DNA of 64,000 bases from Podarcis vaucheri (GCA_965113315.1 OZ220367.1), one strand, 5' to 3'. Positions 35,461 to 49,207 are shown, counted from the stretch's first letter. Numbers and translations: made by a program. The notes: generated from the letters alone by a model not told the origin.

Positions 35461-38029
35461 ACAAACAAAACAGGGCACAGGATCTTGTTCAATACAGAAC
35501 CCAAAGATGGAACATCTGTCTAGGAGCATTCAGAAACTGAATTTGGTAAAAAGTGTGTTTGGTCATACTGACCAAGAGCACAGGGTACTTGCAGAAGAAT
35601 ATTTGGATTTCTTTGCAGGGCTCAGTTGCTTATCATACAAATATCATATCCAGAAGAGCTGTGGGGAGCCTTTGGCCCTCCAGAAGTTGCTGAACTACAA
35701 TTCCCATCAGCTCCAGCAAGCGCAGAGATGATGAAAGTTCTAGTTCCACAGCATCTGGAAGAGGTGCAAGTTTCTCCAGTCTGATCTGTATAAATAATGT
35801 GCTTCTTCCAGTCATCCACTCCAGCAGAAAAATGCTGTTTGCTCTTTGTGATAAATATAAGATGGTCCAAGGCTTTAAATTATGTGAGAACAATTGAATA
35901 TTATATCTACTAATTAAAGTTTTGGTTTTCATTATTACTGTTCTCTGTATTACTGGTTCCATTACATGTGGAGATCTCACATATATTTTTTCAGTTGAAA
36001 GAAATAACTTTTTTCAGCCTTCCTATTTGTTATTTATGTTACAGTCATTAATTTGATGATCAGAGTGGGGGTGTATTTAAGTGATGTATCTTGCTAAATT
36101 AATCTCTGTGCAGGCTCATTGAAATAAATTGACAACTGAAAATCCATGGAGTCCAATGGATGTACTTTATGTTCAACTTAACCGAAAACAACACGTTTAT
36201 TATTTAGTAAGGTGAATCTTAACACTATTCTGTTAAAGTACATCAACACAAGTTAAGATTTCAGGGCCTGCTCGGAATGGTGGGAATTGGATGAGCTCAA
36301 AGAATATCTCTGAAATAAATAAATAATCATTTGTAAGTTTTCAAGGTGATCAAAGATTGTTAAATGTATTTTCAAAATATATTAATTTCCCAGTGTAGTA
36401 CAGCCAACTGCAGCATTTGTCCTTTCATCAATGAAGATTGATGCCGATATAATGTGGTTCTCTAAATATATGTCACTTGCTAATGACAAAGACTGACAAA
36501 TTACAGTTGCTTCTAATTGTTTAAATGAGAACTTGCTTCAGTAAGGGGGGAAGGAAGTATCTTCCTCACTTCATCCAGAAGTCTCACTAATCTCAGGGTT
36601 ATTCATCATGGTGAAGTAATACCAAATCTTAACTTTGGAATTAAGTACATTTTTGTGCAATTTCTGTGGAACTTTAAAAAGTGTGGATTCAGTTTTGTTC
36701 AATGTAGGGGTAAGGTATTTTCCCCCAGTCTTCTCTTTTACTGTTCTGACAATTTATTCCACTATACCGTCTGCCTGAAGGTATGGTGGAATAAATACCT
36801 TCTACAGTTCTATGATTCATTGCAGAATTAAAGCATGTGCAATCTACCGCTATTTTCGGTCCACCTGGTCTATCAGCAGCAGCAGCACATTCTGGTGCAA
36901 AAGCACCACTAAGAGTGGCTTGCAACATTTGAAATTGCGATTGCATAACAACAACAACAATCTGAAACAATCAGCCAAGGGGACAGGATCAGCAGTTCAA
37001 ACCAAGCATAAAAATATGATCCGCCAGTTGCCACAAAGAACCCAAATGAGCAGAGGTAAACCCTTGTATGTCCAGAGGTCAGGAAAAGGGTCACAATGGG
37101 GCGCATCCCCTCTCCCCAACAGATGTTCATTTCTGCACAGAAGGACTCCTGAACAGAACCATGGTCTCATCAATATAACTGAAATTACCATCATGCTCTT
37201 GCTTGCTTAGGAATATACTTTCTATCTCCCACTGTAATCTAAAGACCACTTATTTCCATTATTTTATTTTCTCTAGCCATATTTTTTTTTAAAAAAAAAA
37301 AACAACCCTATGATGGGAAGCAGGAGGGAATTGGCCAGGTGGACAGCAGCTGTGGTAGTTCACAAAAAAATGGGATTCCACTTGAAATGTGAGTTTTCAA
37401 TAGCAGCCAGTGTTGGTGTAATTTGAACAATGGGTTAAATTGCACAGTACTTGGTCCATGAATGTTCAGAAATAAGAAAACAGGTGCACTGGGTTACAGA
37501 GTCGTATAGAGCAGAGGTCAAGTGTATGACTTCCTGATTAATTCACACTCCTATTGGTTCAGGAATGTAGAGTGGGTATAATAGTGCAATTAGAGCATTG
37601 CTTTCATTACATCTAGTCCTGTTTTGTGTTTGTGTCCTGTCCTGGTTTTCTGCCTCTGAATCTGTGAGAGTTAGGGGAAGAGTTTTACAGGGGGTGGGTT
37701 TTACAGCAGCATTAGCTAGCATGGGGATAGTGTTAGTAGATCTGTACAAATGTATCTTTACTCCAAAGACCAGAAGAACTGTATATAGTAAATTAGCTTC
37801 GTCCTGCATCTGGAGACACACTGCTGCTTTGAACTGTGTGGGAGAGGAGTTTTCCCTTTAACCGGGGACTATGGAAGAAGCTGTTCTGCTGGGAGCAGGA
37901 AATCTTGAAGACTCTGCTGGGGCTCTGCATTCTTCTGAGACATCACACTTTCTGATTTGTGATGAACTACCAGCTGACTTCTACAAGACACCAACAATCA
38001 ACCCACCAGGACAAAAAGAAGCCCATATA

Positions 38030-38420
38030 GCAAAGGTGGGGAACTTTTTATAGCCTGAGGGCAGAATTCCCTAGTAGGCAGCTTTCCAGGGGCTGAATGC
38101 TGGTGACAAGTGGAGCAGGAGGGTAAAAGTGGGCAGGGCGCAAGCCAAAAGTAGGACAAGCAATGTGTGTGATTCTTACCTTTGCACAGTAGGCTATATT
38201 CCAGCCATGCCAACGTCAGATGTTTCTACACATGAACCTCTCCACCCAGGCAAGCAAGAGGCATTATCACAATTCAAGAACACATTCCAGCTAGGCCCAA
38301 GCAGCTGAAGAGCATATGAAGCAGGGGCAAGGAGGGTTGTGGCCTGGGGAAAGTCCTAAGGGCCAGGTAAAGAGACCTGGGGGCCACATTTGGCCACAGG
38401 CCTGAGGACACCCATTCCTC
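38030..38420. mobile_element. Degraded hAT (Charlie-like) non-autonomous element
   Basis: caaaggtggggaac...agcctgagggc at the left end; gggccacatttggccacaggcctgagg at the right end. Confidence 0.45.
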
Positions 38421-38439
38421 CTGCATAGTTCTGTATATG

Positions 38440-38575
38440 ACTCTCCTTCCTTGGAGGTTCTTAGGCAGAGGCTGGATGGCCATCTGTCAGGGATACTTTA
38501 GCTGAGATTCCTGCATTGCAGGGAGTTGAACTAGATAACCCTTTTCGTGACTTCCAACTCGATGATTCTATTATT
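38440..38575 (+). mobile_element. CR1 3' tail
   Basis: gactctccttccttggaggtt...gcagaggctggatggccatctgtcaggga...ttccaactcgatgattcta; sense-strand equivalent of 2785-3010. Confidence 0.8.
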
Positions 38576-39984
38576 CCCCAAATTAGGGAAGTTACTTCCT
38601 GTGGCCACCTTGGCTCTGTCGTTGCAAAGTGAATCACTAGAACCAAATCAAATGAATAATAATGTAGTACAGGATTTTTCTTCTTCTCCAGAGCACAATA
38701 TAGCTGAGTTTCCAGAGTAATCCTACAATGATTTATCTGTTGTTCACACCCTCGTGGGACTGCAACAGAAAGAAATGCCACAGGTAAATATAATGTCTCT
38801 GAATTCTAAAGGGTATCTTCTTTACAGAGAGGAGAGACTGAAAATTTAGGAATATCTCATCCATTCAGAAGGTCATCTAAAAGTCTGTGCATGGATGTAA
38901 TGATACAAAGATGAAGCAGAACTGCCATCTTGTGATTGAAAGCTGCAATAAAATCTGTACAATTTGGAGTATAGAGACATAGAAAGTGTTTTCCCCCCTC
39001 TATGTTTAAAATTCCTTTTTAAACATTCAAAGCACAGTTTGTTCAACTGTGAATAAAAGCTGAAGGAAATGTGGTCTGTATGATGTATAATGTTACCACT
39101 CTGCTCCATGGTCAAGGCATATCTTCACTGTGATGTCCAAGGTGAAAGATCCAAACATCCACTTCAATGGTGATCAAAACACAACAGCAAATGCAAGATG
39201 TAGCATTTTGCTGCCTTTAAATCAGGGGTAGGGCACCCAAGGACTGCTACTCCTTCTGGGCAAGCTCCCAGGAGCCACATGTCAGTGGTGGATGAGGCAA
39301 AGGGGGATGAGGCAATGAATGAAAACCTGCCTTGTAGGAATGATCGCTGGGTGTGGAGCATACTCCCTGCCCGCGGGCAGCCTCAGTTGTCTGCATGCGT
39401 GACCTTGGGCTGCGGGGCACACTCCCCCTCACAGATAAAGCCACAGCTGTCCAAACATCTTGCCCTCTGTCTAACTTTTTGCAGTCTCAGTAGTCTGTGG
39501 TGTCCTGTCTGTGATCTTTGTCTCTGAGAGCTTTGTCTCCTTTGTCTCATCATACACTGTGCAAGGGGAAAGTGACACGGTGGAAACAGGTGCCAAAATA
39601 ACTTTGTACCACCCCACAATCTCGGGACTGCAAGATGTGTAAAGGTCACAGCCCAAAATGTATCTGCCTGGGTTTGCATCTTGTGTCAATAAAAGGAGCC
39701 TCCACAGAGCTGGCCGGCAGCTTGCTTGCAGCTCACCTGTGCACAGCTCACCTGCATTATCAACTCCTGCCTCATGTCCTTCACTTCACTGCCTTGTATG
39801 GGAGACTGGTTTCTACACTAGCGAGAAACATGGGCTGTGGACAGAAGGGTGGCCTAGGAAGAACCCCAAAGGCCAGATAGACAGACATGGAGAGCTGCAT
39901 TTGGTCCCTGGAACTGAGATTCTCCACCTGTGTCATAAACAGCATATCAAAATCAGCACTCACCCTGGCCGGTGGTTTTCATTT

Positions 39985-40145
39985 GTTTATTTATTACAGT
40001 TAAATCACGCTTTTCTTTCATCATGGAACTCAAGGTGGCATACACTGGATTGGCAGTGGGTTTCCCACCCAGACAATGCCCAGTCGAGGACCTGCTTAGC
40101 TTCACCAAGGTGCCTGGCTTACATGCCTTCAAACCATGCACTGGG
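39985..40145 (-). mobile_element. 5S rRNA-derived SINE remnant with an L2-like tail
   Basis: Minus strand has gaagctaagcagg (5S box A) and gggtgggaaacc (box C-like), then gccaccttgagttcc...aataaataaa. Confidence 0.55.
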
Positions 40146-40204
40146 GACACAGCAAACCATAATTCTGCAAAAGGTTATCAGTTACCAGATTTTTTTAAAA
40201 AAAA

Positions 40205-41070
40205 TCTGAGTGCCTGGAGGCGGTTGGAGGTTGGATGGTGGCTAACAGATTGAGGTTGAATCCTGACAAGACAGAAGTACTGTTTTTGGGGGACAGGAGG
40301 CGGGCAGGTGTGGAGGATTCCCTGGTCCTGAATGGGGTAACTGCCCCTGAAGGACCAGGTGCGCAGACTGGGAGTCATTTTGGACTCACAGCTGTCCATG
40401 GAGGCACAGGTCAAATCTGTATCCAGGGCAGCTGTTTACCAACTCCACCTGGTACGCAGGCTGAGAACCTATCTGCCTGTGGACTGCCTCGCCAGAGTGG
40501 TGCATGCTCTGGTTATCTCCCGCTTGGGTTACTGCAATGCGCTCTATGTGGGGCTACTTTTGAAGGTGACCCGGAAACTACAACTAATCCAGAACACGGC
40601 AGCTAGACTGGTGACTGGGAGCGGCCGCAGAGACCACATAACACCGGTCTTGAAAGACCTACATTGGCTCCCAGTACGTTTCTGAGCACAATTCAAAGTG
40701 TTGGTGCTGACCTTTAAAGCCCTAAACGGCCTTGGTCCAGTATATCTGAAGGAGTGTCTCCACCCCCATCGTTCTACCCGGACACTGAGGTCCAGCACCG
40801 AGGGCCTTCTGGCAGTTCCCTCACTGCGAGAAGCCAAGTTACAGGGAACCAGGCCCAGGGCCTTCTCGGTAGTGGCGCCTTCCCTGTGGAACACCCTCCC
40901 ACCAGATGTCAAAGAGAACAACAACTACCAGGCTTTTAGAAGACATCTGAAGGCAGCCCTGTTTCGGGAAGCTTTTAATGTTTGATGTATTATAGTATTT
41001 TAATATTCTTTTGGAAGCCGCCCAGAGTGGCTGGGGAAGCCCAGCCAGATGGGCGGGGTATAAATAATAA

Positions 41071-41120
<50 letters not shown>
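40205..41120 (+). mobile_element. L2 LINE 3' about 0.9 kb, with frameshift and stop
   Basis: NRLRLNPDKTEVL, LGVILDSQLSM, SRLGYCNALY, LHWLPVRF, RAFSVVAPSLWN; (att)n tail 41071-41120. Confidence 0.95.
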
Positions 41121-41121
<1 letters not shown>

Positions 41122-41205
41122 TCATTTGCAGAAATAACAACATGGACTTCCGGCTTCCAGTCCTGCTGATTCATTGGTCATAAATTTAAGAAGGTTGGCA
41201 TGCAA

Positions 41206-41341
41206 TAGGGTTGCCATATTTTGAAGAGCAAAAAAAAGAGGACACATTTGCCGACTTCTACTTTTAACTATGGATCGCTATGACGTCTCTACCCATGAAA
41301 GAAAGGATGTGCCCTGGAAAAAGAGGACATATGGCAACCCA
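41206..41341. mobile_element. hAT-type MITE
   Basis: TIR tagggttgccatat / atatggcaaccc; no clear TSD. Confidence 0.65.
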
Positions 41342-41444
41342 TGTGAACCTAAGCTGCCATGGTGACTGAATCAGCTGGGTGCATGTATAACCAGAAGCAT
41401 TCATCCAGCCAGCATTTTGTTCTGCTTAATTAGAGGAAATATTA

Positions 41445-41809
41445 AAGGTAAAGGTAAAGGTACCCCTGCCCGAACGGGCCAGTCTTGCCAGACTCTGGGG
41501 TTTGTGCGCCCATCTCACATCTATAGGCCGGGGGCCAGCGCTGTCCGGAGACACTTCCGGGTCATGTGGCCAGCGTGACAAAGCTGCATCTGGCGAGCCA
41601 GCGCAGCACACGGAACGCCGTTTACCTTCCCGCTGGTAAGCGGTACCTATTTATCTACTTGCACCCGGGGGTGCTTTCGAACTGCTAGGTTGGCAGGCGC
41701 TGGGACCGAGCAGCGGGAGCGCACCCCGCCGCGGGGATTCGAACCGCCAACCTTTCGATCAGCAAGCCCTAGGCGCTGAGGCTTTTACCCACAGCGCCAC
41801 CCGCGTCCC
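41445..41809 (-). mobile_element. Sauria SINE, full length, very young
   Basis: CpG-rich with intact A/B boxes; 13-bp TSD agaggaaatatta (41432-41444 / 41810-41822). Confidence 0.96.
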
Positions 41810-42594
41810 AGAGGAAATATTACCGTATGATAAATACTTTTTAGAGCAGTGGTGTTGAATCAGTGGCCCATAGGCTAGAAATGACCCATGAGTACTCGCT
41901 CTCTCCATCGTCAGTTCACAGTGTTTCTATGCTATCTGGTGAGAAAGTGGAGCCCCTTTCCTTACCTCGCAGCACAGAAGCCAGCAAAAGTGCTGGAAAA
42001 TGCCCATGGAGAAAGAAATTGCTCTCTCTGTGTGAGAGAGGGGAGTTGGGGTGAATGAGGTTTGTGTGTATGAATGATGTTTTTATGTGCAGATGATTGG
42101 TGTGTAAGAGAGAGATAGCGAGGTCTGTAGGCTTTGCCCCTGCCCCTTTTTATCCCTGTCTGTCCTTGGTGTGTTCACACATACCATGTAACATAGGAGC
42201 CAAATCCTTGGGGCTGAGCTCCCTTCAGCCTCCCTAATAAAATATTTGAGGGAGCCAGCCCCCCACCCAAGTTGAAGGGAATTCCCATTCAAATAATGTG
42301 CGTTCACCATATCATTTCATCAATTATTCGGGGCAGGGCTTACCTGAGGCCCCCAATATTTTATTCAAGTTGGCACCTCTGCCATGCAATCATTTTCTTT
42401 TGAGGGAATGCAGGTCTCAAGGGTGAAAAATAATGTCTCTCACCCATACCTTGGGAGATTATTGCATCCTTGTTTAAGTATGTTCTGTATAGAGAACATT
42501 AAAACCAGAAAAAAACATCTGCTGTAGACAAAGTAGATGCTAAAATCAAAATAATCATATGAAATGGTCACAAGACACATGGCATTTAAAGGAA

Positions 42595-42630
<36 letters not shown>

Positions 42631-43029
42631 ACAAAGTGTGCAGCTGGTGAACAACATTCATTCATAGAAAACCTTAAAAGATAAGAAGCAGCACTATCTG
42701 GATGGAGTTGTTTGAGATAACAAACGGGATTGTCAATCTACCACTTGAACTTTTTTTGTAATGACTATATATATATATTGCAGGGTTGCTTGACATAAAT
42801 GGGTTGCAGTCCAGAAGTATTTCTTATCGTCTGGCAGCGGGGAGGGTGGGGGGTGGGGGAGAAACACTGACATTGAAATCATTGTCAGCAGAGGTCATTT
42901 CTTCATACAGCCGCTTCTTTTGTTTCTCAAGTCCTGCCTCTTAAATCCACAGTAAGGAGAGAAAATAAGGATTTCTCCTCAACACTGACACCACAGTGTA
43001 TTGCCACCGGCTAATAAGGGCCCCTGTCT

Positions 43030-43250
43030 GCACTGTGCATTTAAAGCTATGTCAGATTCCCTCAAAGAATACTGGGAACTGTAGTTTGTTATAGGCGGTG
43101 AGACCTCTTCCCCTCAGAGAGCTACAGTTCCCAGAGTTCCCTGTGAAGAGGGATTGATTGTTAAAAACCTCTCTGAGAACGGTAGCTCTGTGAGGGGTTT
43201 CAAATTGTGAGGGATGCCTCCTGACTACAGTAGATTCCCTCCACTTCAGA
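43030..43250. mobile_element. Squamate MITE (related to 17770-17940)
   Basis: ctgggaactgtagtt ... agctacagttcccag inverted core. Confidence 0.55.
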
Positions 43251-43251
43251 A

Positions 43252-43253
<2 letters not shown>

Positions 43254-43301
<48 letters not shown>

Positions 43302-43315
43302 ACACACACACACAC
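43254..43315 (+). repeat. (CT)n(CA)n microsatellite; other (GT)n tracts at about 42598-42629, 43693-43745, 44530-44570, 46558-46577; (CCCT)n at about 54180-54216
   Basis: Direct tandem repeats. Confidence 0.95.
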
Positions 43316-44526
43316 TGCAGGGACAAAGACAGAGACATTAGTGTGGGTGAGGAGCATTAGCTTGCTCATTTCTGCTTACATGCTGGTTTTACACATGATC
43401 TCAGAAGCAGGCCACCATCAACTGTGTACTGTTATGCTGCTGACTGACTATATGTCATTCCTTTGTTGCACAATAAGCTAGAATGGGCTGCTGACAGGTA
43501 ATAATGGTTAGGAGCTTTCTGTCCAATGAAATACCTGTTGGAAATATATTCTTCAGATATGCCCAGTGCACTAGCCCAGTGTATCAACACTTCAGAAAAA
43601 GCTGTCTTTTGTTGTTGTTGCCTATGCTGATGTTTCTTTCTGAAATATATTCGAATGTGTGTGTATTGCCTGTTGAATTCATTGTTAATGATTGTGTGTG
43701 TGTGTGTGTGTGTGTGTGTTTGTTTGTATGTGTGTGTGTGAGAGAGGGGGGTGCTGTGTTGTGAGCTAACCTGTAAATACCTAGCATTAAGCACACAAAA
43801 TTCCTTACTAACCTAGTCTGAGGATGCTTGTGGAATTAGATTTCATGGATTCTGATAATGTGAAGAATGCAACAGAACTTTCTGTTGGCTTTTAATTTTC
43901 ACACATATTCTGATGCAGGTTTTTGCCTTTTTGGGGCGGGGGGGGGCAAAACTAAAATATATTTGTGCCTTTCTTTTGATTCACCCATCCATAATCTAGG
44001 TTTGATGAATGCCAGCCACAGATTAGGCCATCAACTTGAAATACATCTTCTTATTAACTGAAGACTGAGCGTTGCAAGGTAAAAAGAATGATAATGGGGC
44101 AGAGCCATCGCTCAGTGGTGGAACAACTGCTGTGCATGCATATGCTTCAGGTTCAGGCTCCAGGTTGGGTTGAAAGAAACTCCTGCAAGAAACCCTGGAG
44201 AGCTGCTGCCAACCAGTGCAGAAAGGCCTGAGGTATATGGACTAAAGGTCTTACTCATTTTAGGGCATCTCCCAATGGTCCTATGTGTACAGATTAAAAT
44301 ATTAATGAGGAAGGACCTTGCATGCAGAAGGTCCCAGGTTCAGTCCCTGGCATCTTCACATAGAGCTGGAAATGCATTTAGTCTGAAACCCTAAAGAGTC
44401 ACCATTAACATGGACCAATGGATCTGACTCTGTGACTCCAGGAAATGCAGTTTCCTATGATCCTAATGATAAACCAATATTGCATATTCTTATTATGAGC
44501 CAATTATTTGTGAATTTCATCAGCAT

Positions 44527-44572
<46 letters not shown>

Positions 44573-45039
44573 CCTCCTCTTGACTAGCTGGCACCTGACA
44601 GCTATATTCACAACTTCCATAATGAATTAAACATTTGAACAGCAGCAGACACTCTGAAGTTGTTACAGTAGCATGGAGTGGCACAGCATAGATTAAGCTG
44701 TACCTGCGGCTCCAGCAATTAGCCATTTCCCCCCCATCAATCAGTCATTAGAAACCCTTTATATTTCCTCTCAGACATAAATTTTAAAAAAGGACTTTAA
44801 CTATGCAGAAGAATATGTTCTTTTCTGCTTTTGCAGAAATGGTAATGATCAAAAGTTCTATTACTGGATATTAGAAGAATCTATCTTTCAGTGCAGTCAA
44901 CATGTGCTGATAAATAGTACCATTGCCAAGCATCTGGGATCTTAGCTTAACACATATATGAGAATCCAGAAGTTTACCCATTCCTATTTCGTAAGGTTTG
45001 ATGGTAAATTATAGCACAAATCCCCCCGCCCTCACATCT

Positions 45040-45180
45040 TAGATGTGTTTCAGCTCAGTCCTAAACGCATATTGACCAGCTTCTGGAACCACCTCAAGGG
45101 TAGCCCCACAGAGAGCACATTGCAGTAATCAAACCTTGTGCCTACCAATGTATAGAAAATGTGGGCTACATGACCAATAG
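45040..45180 (-). mobile_element. L2 fragment abutting copy D
   Basis: TRFDYCNVLSVGLPLRWFQKL is the L2 SRLDYCN motif. Confidence 0.6.
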
Positions 45181-45965
45181 CATTGTGTGGCAAGGCATCC
45201 CCCCCGCCCTTTGGACTGCCCCAATTTCCAAGAACCAAGAGGGATGACAACTAGTGTTTTGGGTTAAAACTGGGCCACAACTTATTACAAACAGATGTGA
45301 GATGTTTGGCATAGGCATTGGTTGGAAAAACCCCTCCCACCTCCAGCCCACCTGTCAAAGGACTTACATTGGGGTCAACTGGAAGTGAGGAATTCCCTGC
45401 TGGGTAACTCCTCTACTGGATTGCACCTGGGGAGTGCTGTGGTCCCTCACCCCCACCTGGGCATCTGGACAAAAGCATCTCCCCTGAATCCCTTTAATGG
45501 TATCATCCATTCTCAGATGGGCAGGCAGAGGCTACAACTTCCCCTCTGTCCAAGACTGCTCAACCAGTGCCTAAACCACCAAAGTTGTGATGATTGCTCT
45601 TAGGATGGCAGAAACCAGAAGGCTGGAGCCAATTTACCAAATGGGGAAACTCCAACTTGGCCCTGAATACGGTGACCAACTATGCCTTGGTCCAGCAGAG
45701 CAACATGAAACAGCAATGTAGGGGGGAGGGGCGGAGATCCAACTAAGAAATGGCTGCAGCGCAAGCCACAAACCTTATTTATATACTCCCCCAGGAGAGG
45801 TCTGCCCACATGCTCGTTCGTGATTTGCCAATTGAGACAGCGGGCAGGATCTGCTTCCCTGGTAGCAAGCCTAGCCCAGGAACCTCCTTTGCTGCTCAGA
45901 AGGTATCCCAAGGGCAGGGGAATGCCAAGCCACAATGGCACACACCAAGATGGGTGAGTGGTCCT
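45180..45965 (-). mobile_element. LTR-like retroelement repeat, copy D
   Basis: On the minus strand: tatataaata (about 45785), degraded ENE-like core 45657-45603, tcacaacttt 45590-45581, aataagttgtggcc 45286-45273. Confidence 0.6.
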
Positions 45966-47140
45966 CACATACTGAACTTTGGCAATAGAGAGAATCATAT
46001 ACCAGAAAGCAGTCAAGCTGGACTAGGAGAGTTTTGAAGATGTTGTCTTGAAGGGAATTGATTTACTATAAAGGAAATCTTTGGCAACTTGATAAAAATG
46101 TCATGAAGTTCAATCTAGTTCATAATGTCACATGCTTATTAATTCAAAACAAAACAACATTGTGAGGAAGAGCCTTCCTCCAACATCACATCAGTGTGAT
46201 TTGGATTTCTTCCCGGATGGAAATGGAGTCACAATCAGTCTATGTTTTAGAGCTCATCAGTAGCTATAATCAGGCATCAATATGTATTGGCAAATCTTGC
46301 TAGGGTATAAAATTGTGGTGGAGATGAACATCGCACAGACTTGCTAATCATTTAAAAATGCAGTTAGTCTATGTCTCCGGGAATTCTTTCTGCCTTTTGA
46401 TACTATAACTTCAACATGAACATAAGGGAATCTGATGTACTCTTAGGGGGAGGGTTAAAATTTAAATGCAATTCAGCACCTTAATCTGTGCCTTGGTGGG
46501 CTTAAGTTGACAAGACTAAAAGGGGGAAACTCTGCTTTTTTCATTTCCAGTCCATTCATGTGTGTGTGTGTGTGTGTTTTCCCTCTTTCAAAAGCAATAG
46601 GATGGAAAGGAGAGAGGGAGATCTACACATGATCCTCAGCATGTCTAAAGGCCTCTCCAGATTGGAAGGGAATCCGGGAGAAGGACAACCATTTTGTCCA
46701 GGAGACAACCATTTTGGCCCTACTAAAGTAAGATTGGGGCTCATCCACATTTATGTTTATTCTGTGATTTCTAGGCACAGGTCCAAGGGGTTGTTGTTTT
46801 TCTCCCACCACTTTCCCCAGGAAACCTCACTGTTTACTACTGAATTGGAACAGAGGTCAATCAGGTTTCCTGTAGTGTCTGAAAGAACTCTGATCTGTTT
46901 CAGAGCACTGTGCCATTCCGATTTGATCCATTATTTGGGTCCAAATCTGACCTGCTAAATCCTAAACTGCTTTGTCCCCATTGACTATCATGGGAAATCT
47001 AAAAACATTTGTAACTTTCTGCCAAGACCTTCAGCATTTTCAAGTGTCTATGGGAAAACAAAATTGGGAACCACTATTCTAAACAATCTAAGAAAAGTTA
47101 GAAGTGTCTTCATCAGAAAGAGTTTGTGTTACTGTCTGTA

Positions 47141-47367
47141 CAGTGGTACCTCGGGTTAAGAACTTAATTCGTTCTGGAAATCTGTTCTTAACCTGAAACT
47201 GTTCTTAACCTGAGGTACTACTTTAGCTAATGGGTCTTTCCTGCTGCCGCCACACCACCACCACACGATTTCTGTTCTCATCCTGAAGCAAAGTTCTTAA
47301 CCCGAGGTACTATTTCTGGGTTAGTGGAATCTGTAACCTGAAGCAACTGTAACCCAAGGTACCACTG
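47141..47367 (+). mobile_element. Tc1/mariner MITE, third copy
   Basis: TIR cagtggtacct / aggtaccactg, TA TSD. Confidence 0.9.
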
Positions 47368-48123
47368 TAGATTCAGTGTCCAGATTTACATACAGTGACT
47401 GCAAAGTCCATGTAACAGCACAGAATACTGGTTCCATGGCATGTTTTCCATTTGAGCCTCAAAACTGGAAATACTATTGTCAGACTGGTACCTTTGTTGC
47501 AAGCCAAAAACATAAATTAGCATGCGCAAGACTCCCTGACATGGTGTGAAAGCTGATTTCATACATCATCCAAACCCATGGCATGAATTAGATATACAAA
47601 GCCACATATTCTCCAATGTATTTACAGAGAATAAATGAAAAGCATATGAGAACTGTTTCCTTATTTACTGCTGACTTTGTTCAAACCTTGATTTGTTTGG
47701 CAGCTGGAAATTCTACTGCCAAGAAAACATATTTTACTTCATTCTTTGGAAAATGTATTTTGGTTCTGCCAGACCCTTCACCTACTAAAATGACATATTG
47801 CCACATAAGAAGGAAGAAGGAAGGAAAACAAGGAGTTACTACAGCAAAGAGCTGTTGTATCTCACTTCCCCTGCTGGGGACCCCAGTTTACCATTTTAGC
47901 AAACAAAATCAATGCCAGATACTATATCTGGATGAAGCTTGACTTCTAGCCAGGAAGGAACCATTTCCTTGAGTCCAATGACCGTTTGTACACATGATTG
48001 TACACAGTTGCTTCCTGCACCATTTTTAAGTGTTTTTACTTGTGCTTTGAGGCTGCTTGGAACAACTTTATAGTGTTAAATCATAAAGAAAGAGAAATAT
48101 TTACCTCATTTCTCTGTGTGCTT

Positions 48124-49207
48124 TTGTTGTTGTTTAGTTGTTTAGTCATGTCCGACTCTTCATGACCCCATGGACCAGAGCACACCAGGCACTCCTGTCT
48201 TCCACTGCCTCCCACAGTTTGGTCAAACTCATGCTGGTAGCTTCAAGAACACCATCCAACCATCTCATTCTCTGTCGTCCCCTTCTCCTTGTGCCCTCCA
48301 TCTTTCCCAACATCAGGGTCTTTTCCAGGGAGTCTTATCTTCTCATGAGGTGGCCAAAGTATTGGAGCCTGAGCTTCAGGATCTGTCCTTCCAGAAAGCA
48401 CTCAGGGCTGAAGTCCATGGGACTCTCAAGAATCTCCTCCAGCACCATAATTCAAAAGCATCAATTATTCGGCGGTCAGCCTTCTTTATGGTCCAGCTGT
48501 CACTTCCATACATCACTACTGAGAAAACCATAGCTTTAACAATGCGGACCTTTGGAAGGAGGTGGACTTGCCCTGCCAGACCTCTAAACTTTGTTGTGAA
48601 CCATCTGCTTTTTGCCGGCTGAGAGAATGGCTGCTTCTTGAAAGCACTGAAGTGTTGGATAATGGCAGATGAAGTTGATGGACTATATGGAATTGGCGGA
48701 AATGACTGGCAAGATCCGAGACCAGGGAGAAGAGTCGGGGGAAGAAGACTGGAAAAAGTTTAAAGACTATTTATAGAAATATTGTAAAATTAATGAATGT
48801 TAGAAGGAATGAAGTTGTATGGCTTTAGTAGAAATGTTATAAGGAATTAAGTATAAATAGATTAAGAGAAAATTAAAGGAAAAAATAAGGCAAGAATGTG
48901 TTAAGATAATTATAGGGTAGAAAACAGAGGAAGATGAAAAGGAATTGCTGAAATAAGCGAATGAAATAATTGCTGAAATAAGTGAATGAAAGATAAGACA
49001 TTGAAAATGTTTGAGGTGTTTTTAAATTGTTTTTGTTTGTTTTAGTTTTGTTTTGTATGTAGTGTTTTTGTATTGTATTTGTATTGTTCTTTTTTTTCTT
49101 TTTTTTGTTTGTAGTGTGTTGAAACTGTTCGAAAAGTAATAAATATCATTTAAAAAAACAAAAAACACACAATGCGGACCTTTGTCAGCAAGGTGATGTC
49201 TCTGCTG
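48124..49207 (-). mobile_element. RTE-BovB 3' fragment interrupted by L1
   Basis: Collinear with 11262-11756 over 48124-48554, resuming at 49169-49207. Confidence 0.9.
48555..49168 (+). mobile_element. L1 3' fragment with internal deletion, nested in BovB
   Basis: GGLALPDL region joined to WQMKLMDYMELAEMT; AATAAA plus A tail; 16-bp TSD acaatgcggacctttg (48539-48554 / 49169-49184). Confidence 0.92.
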
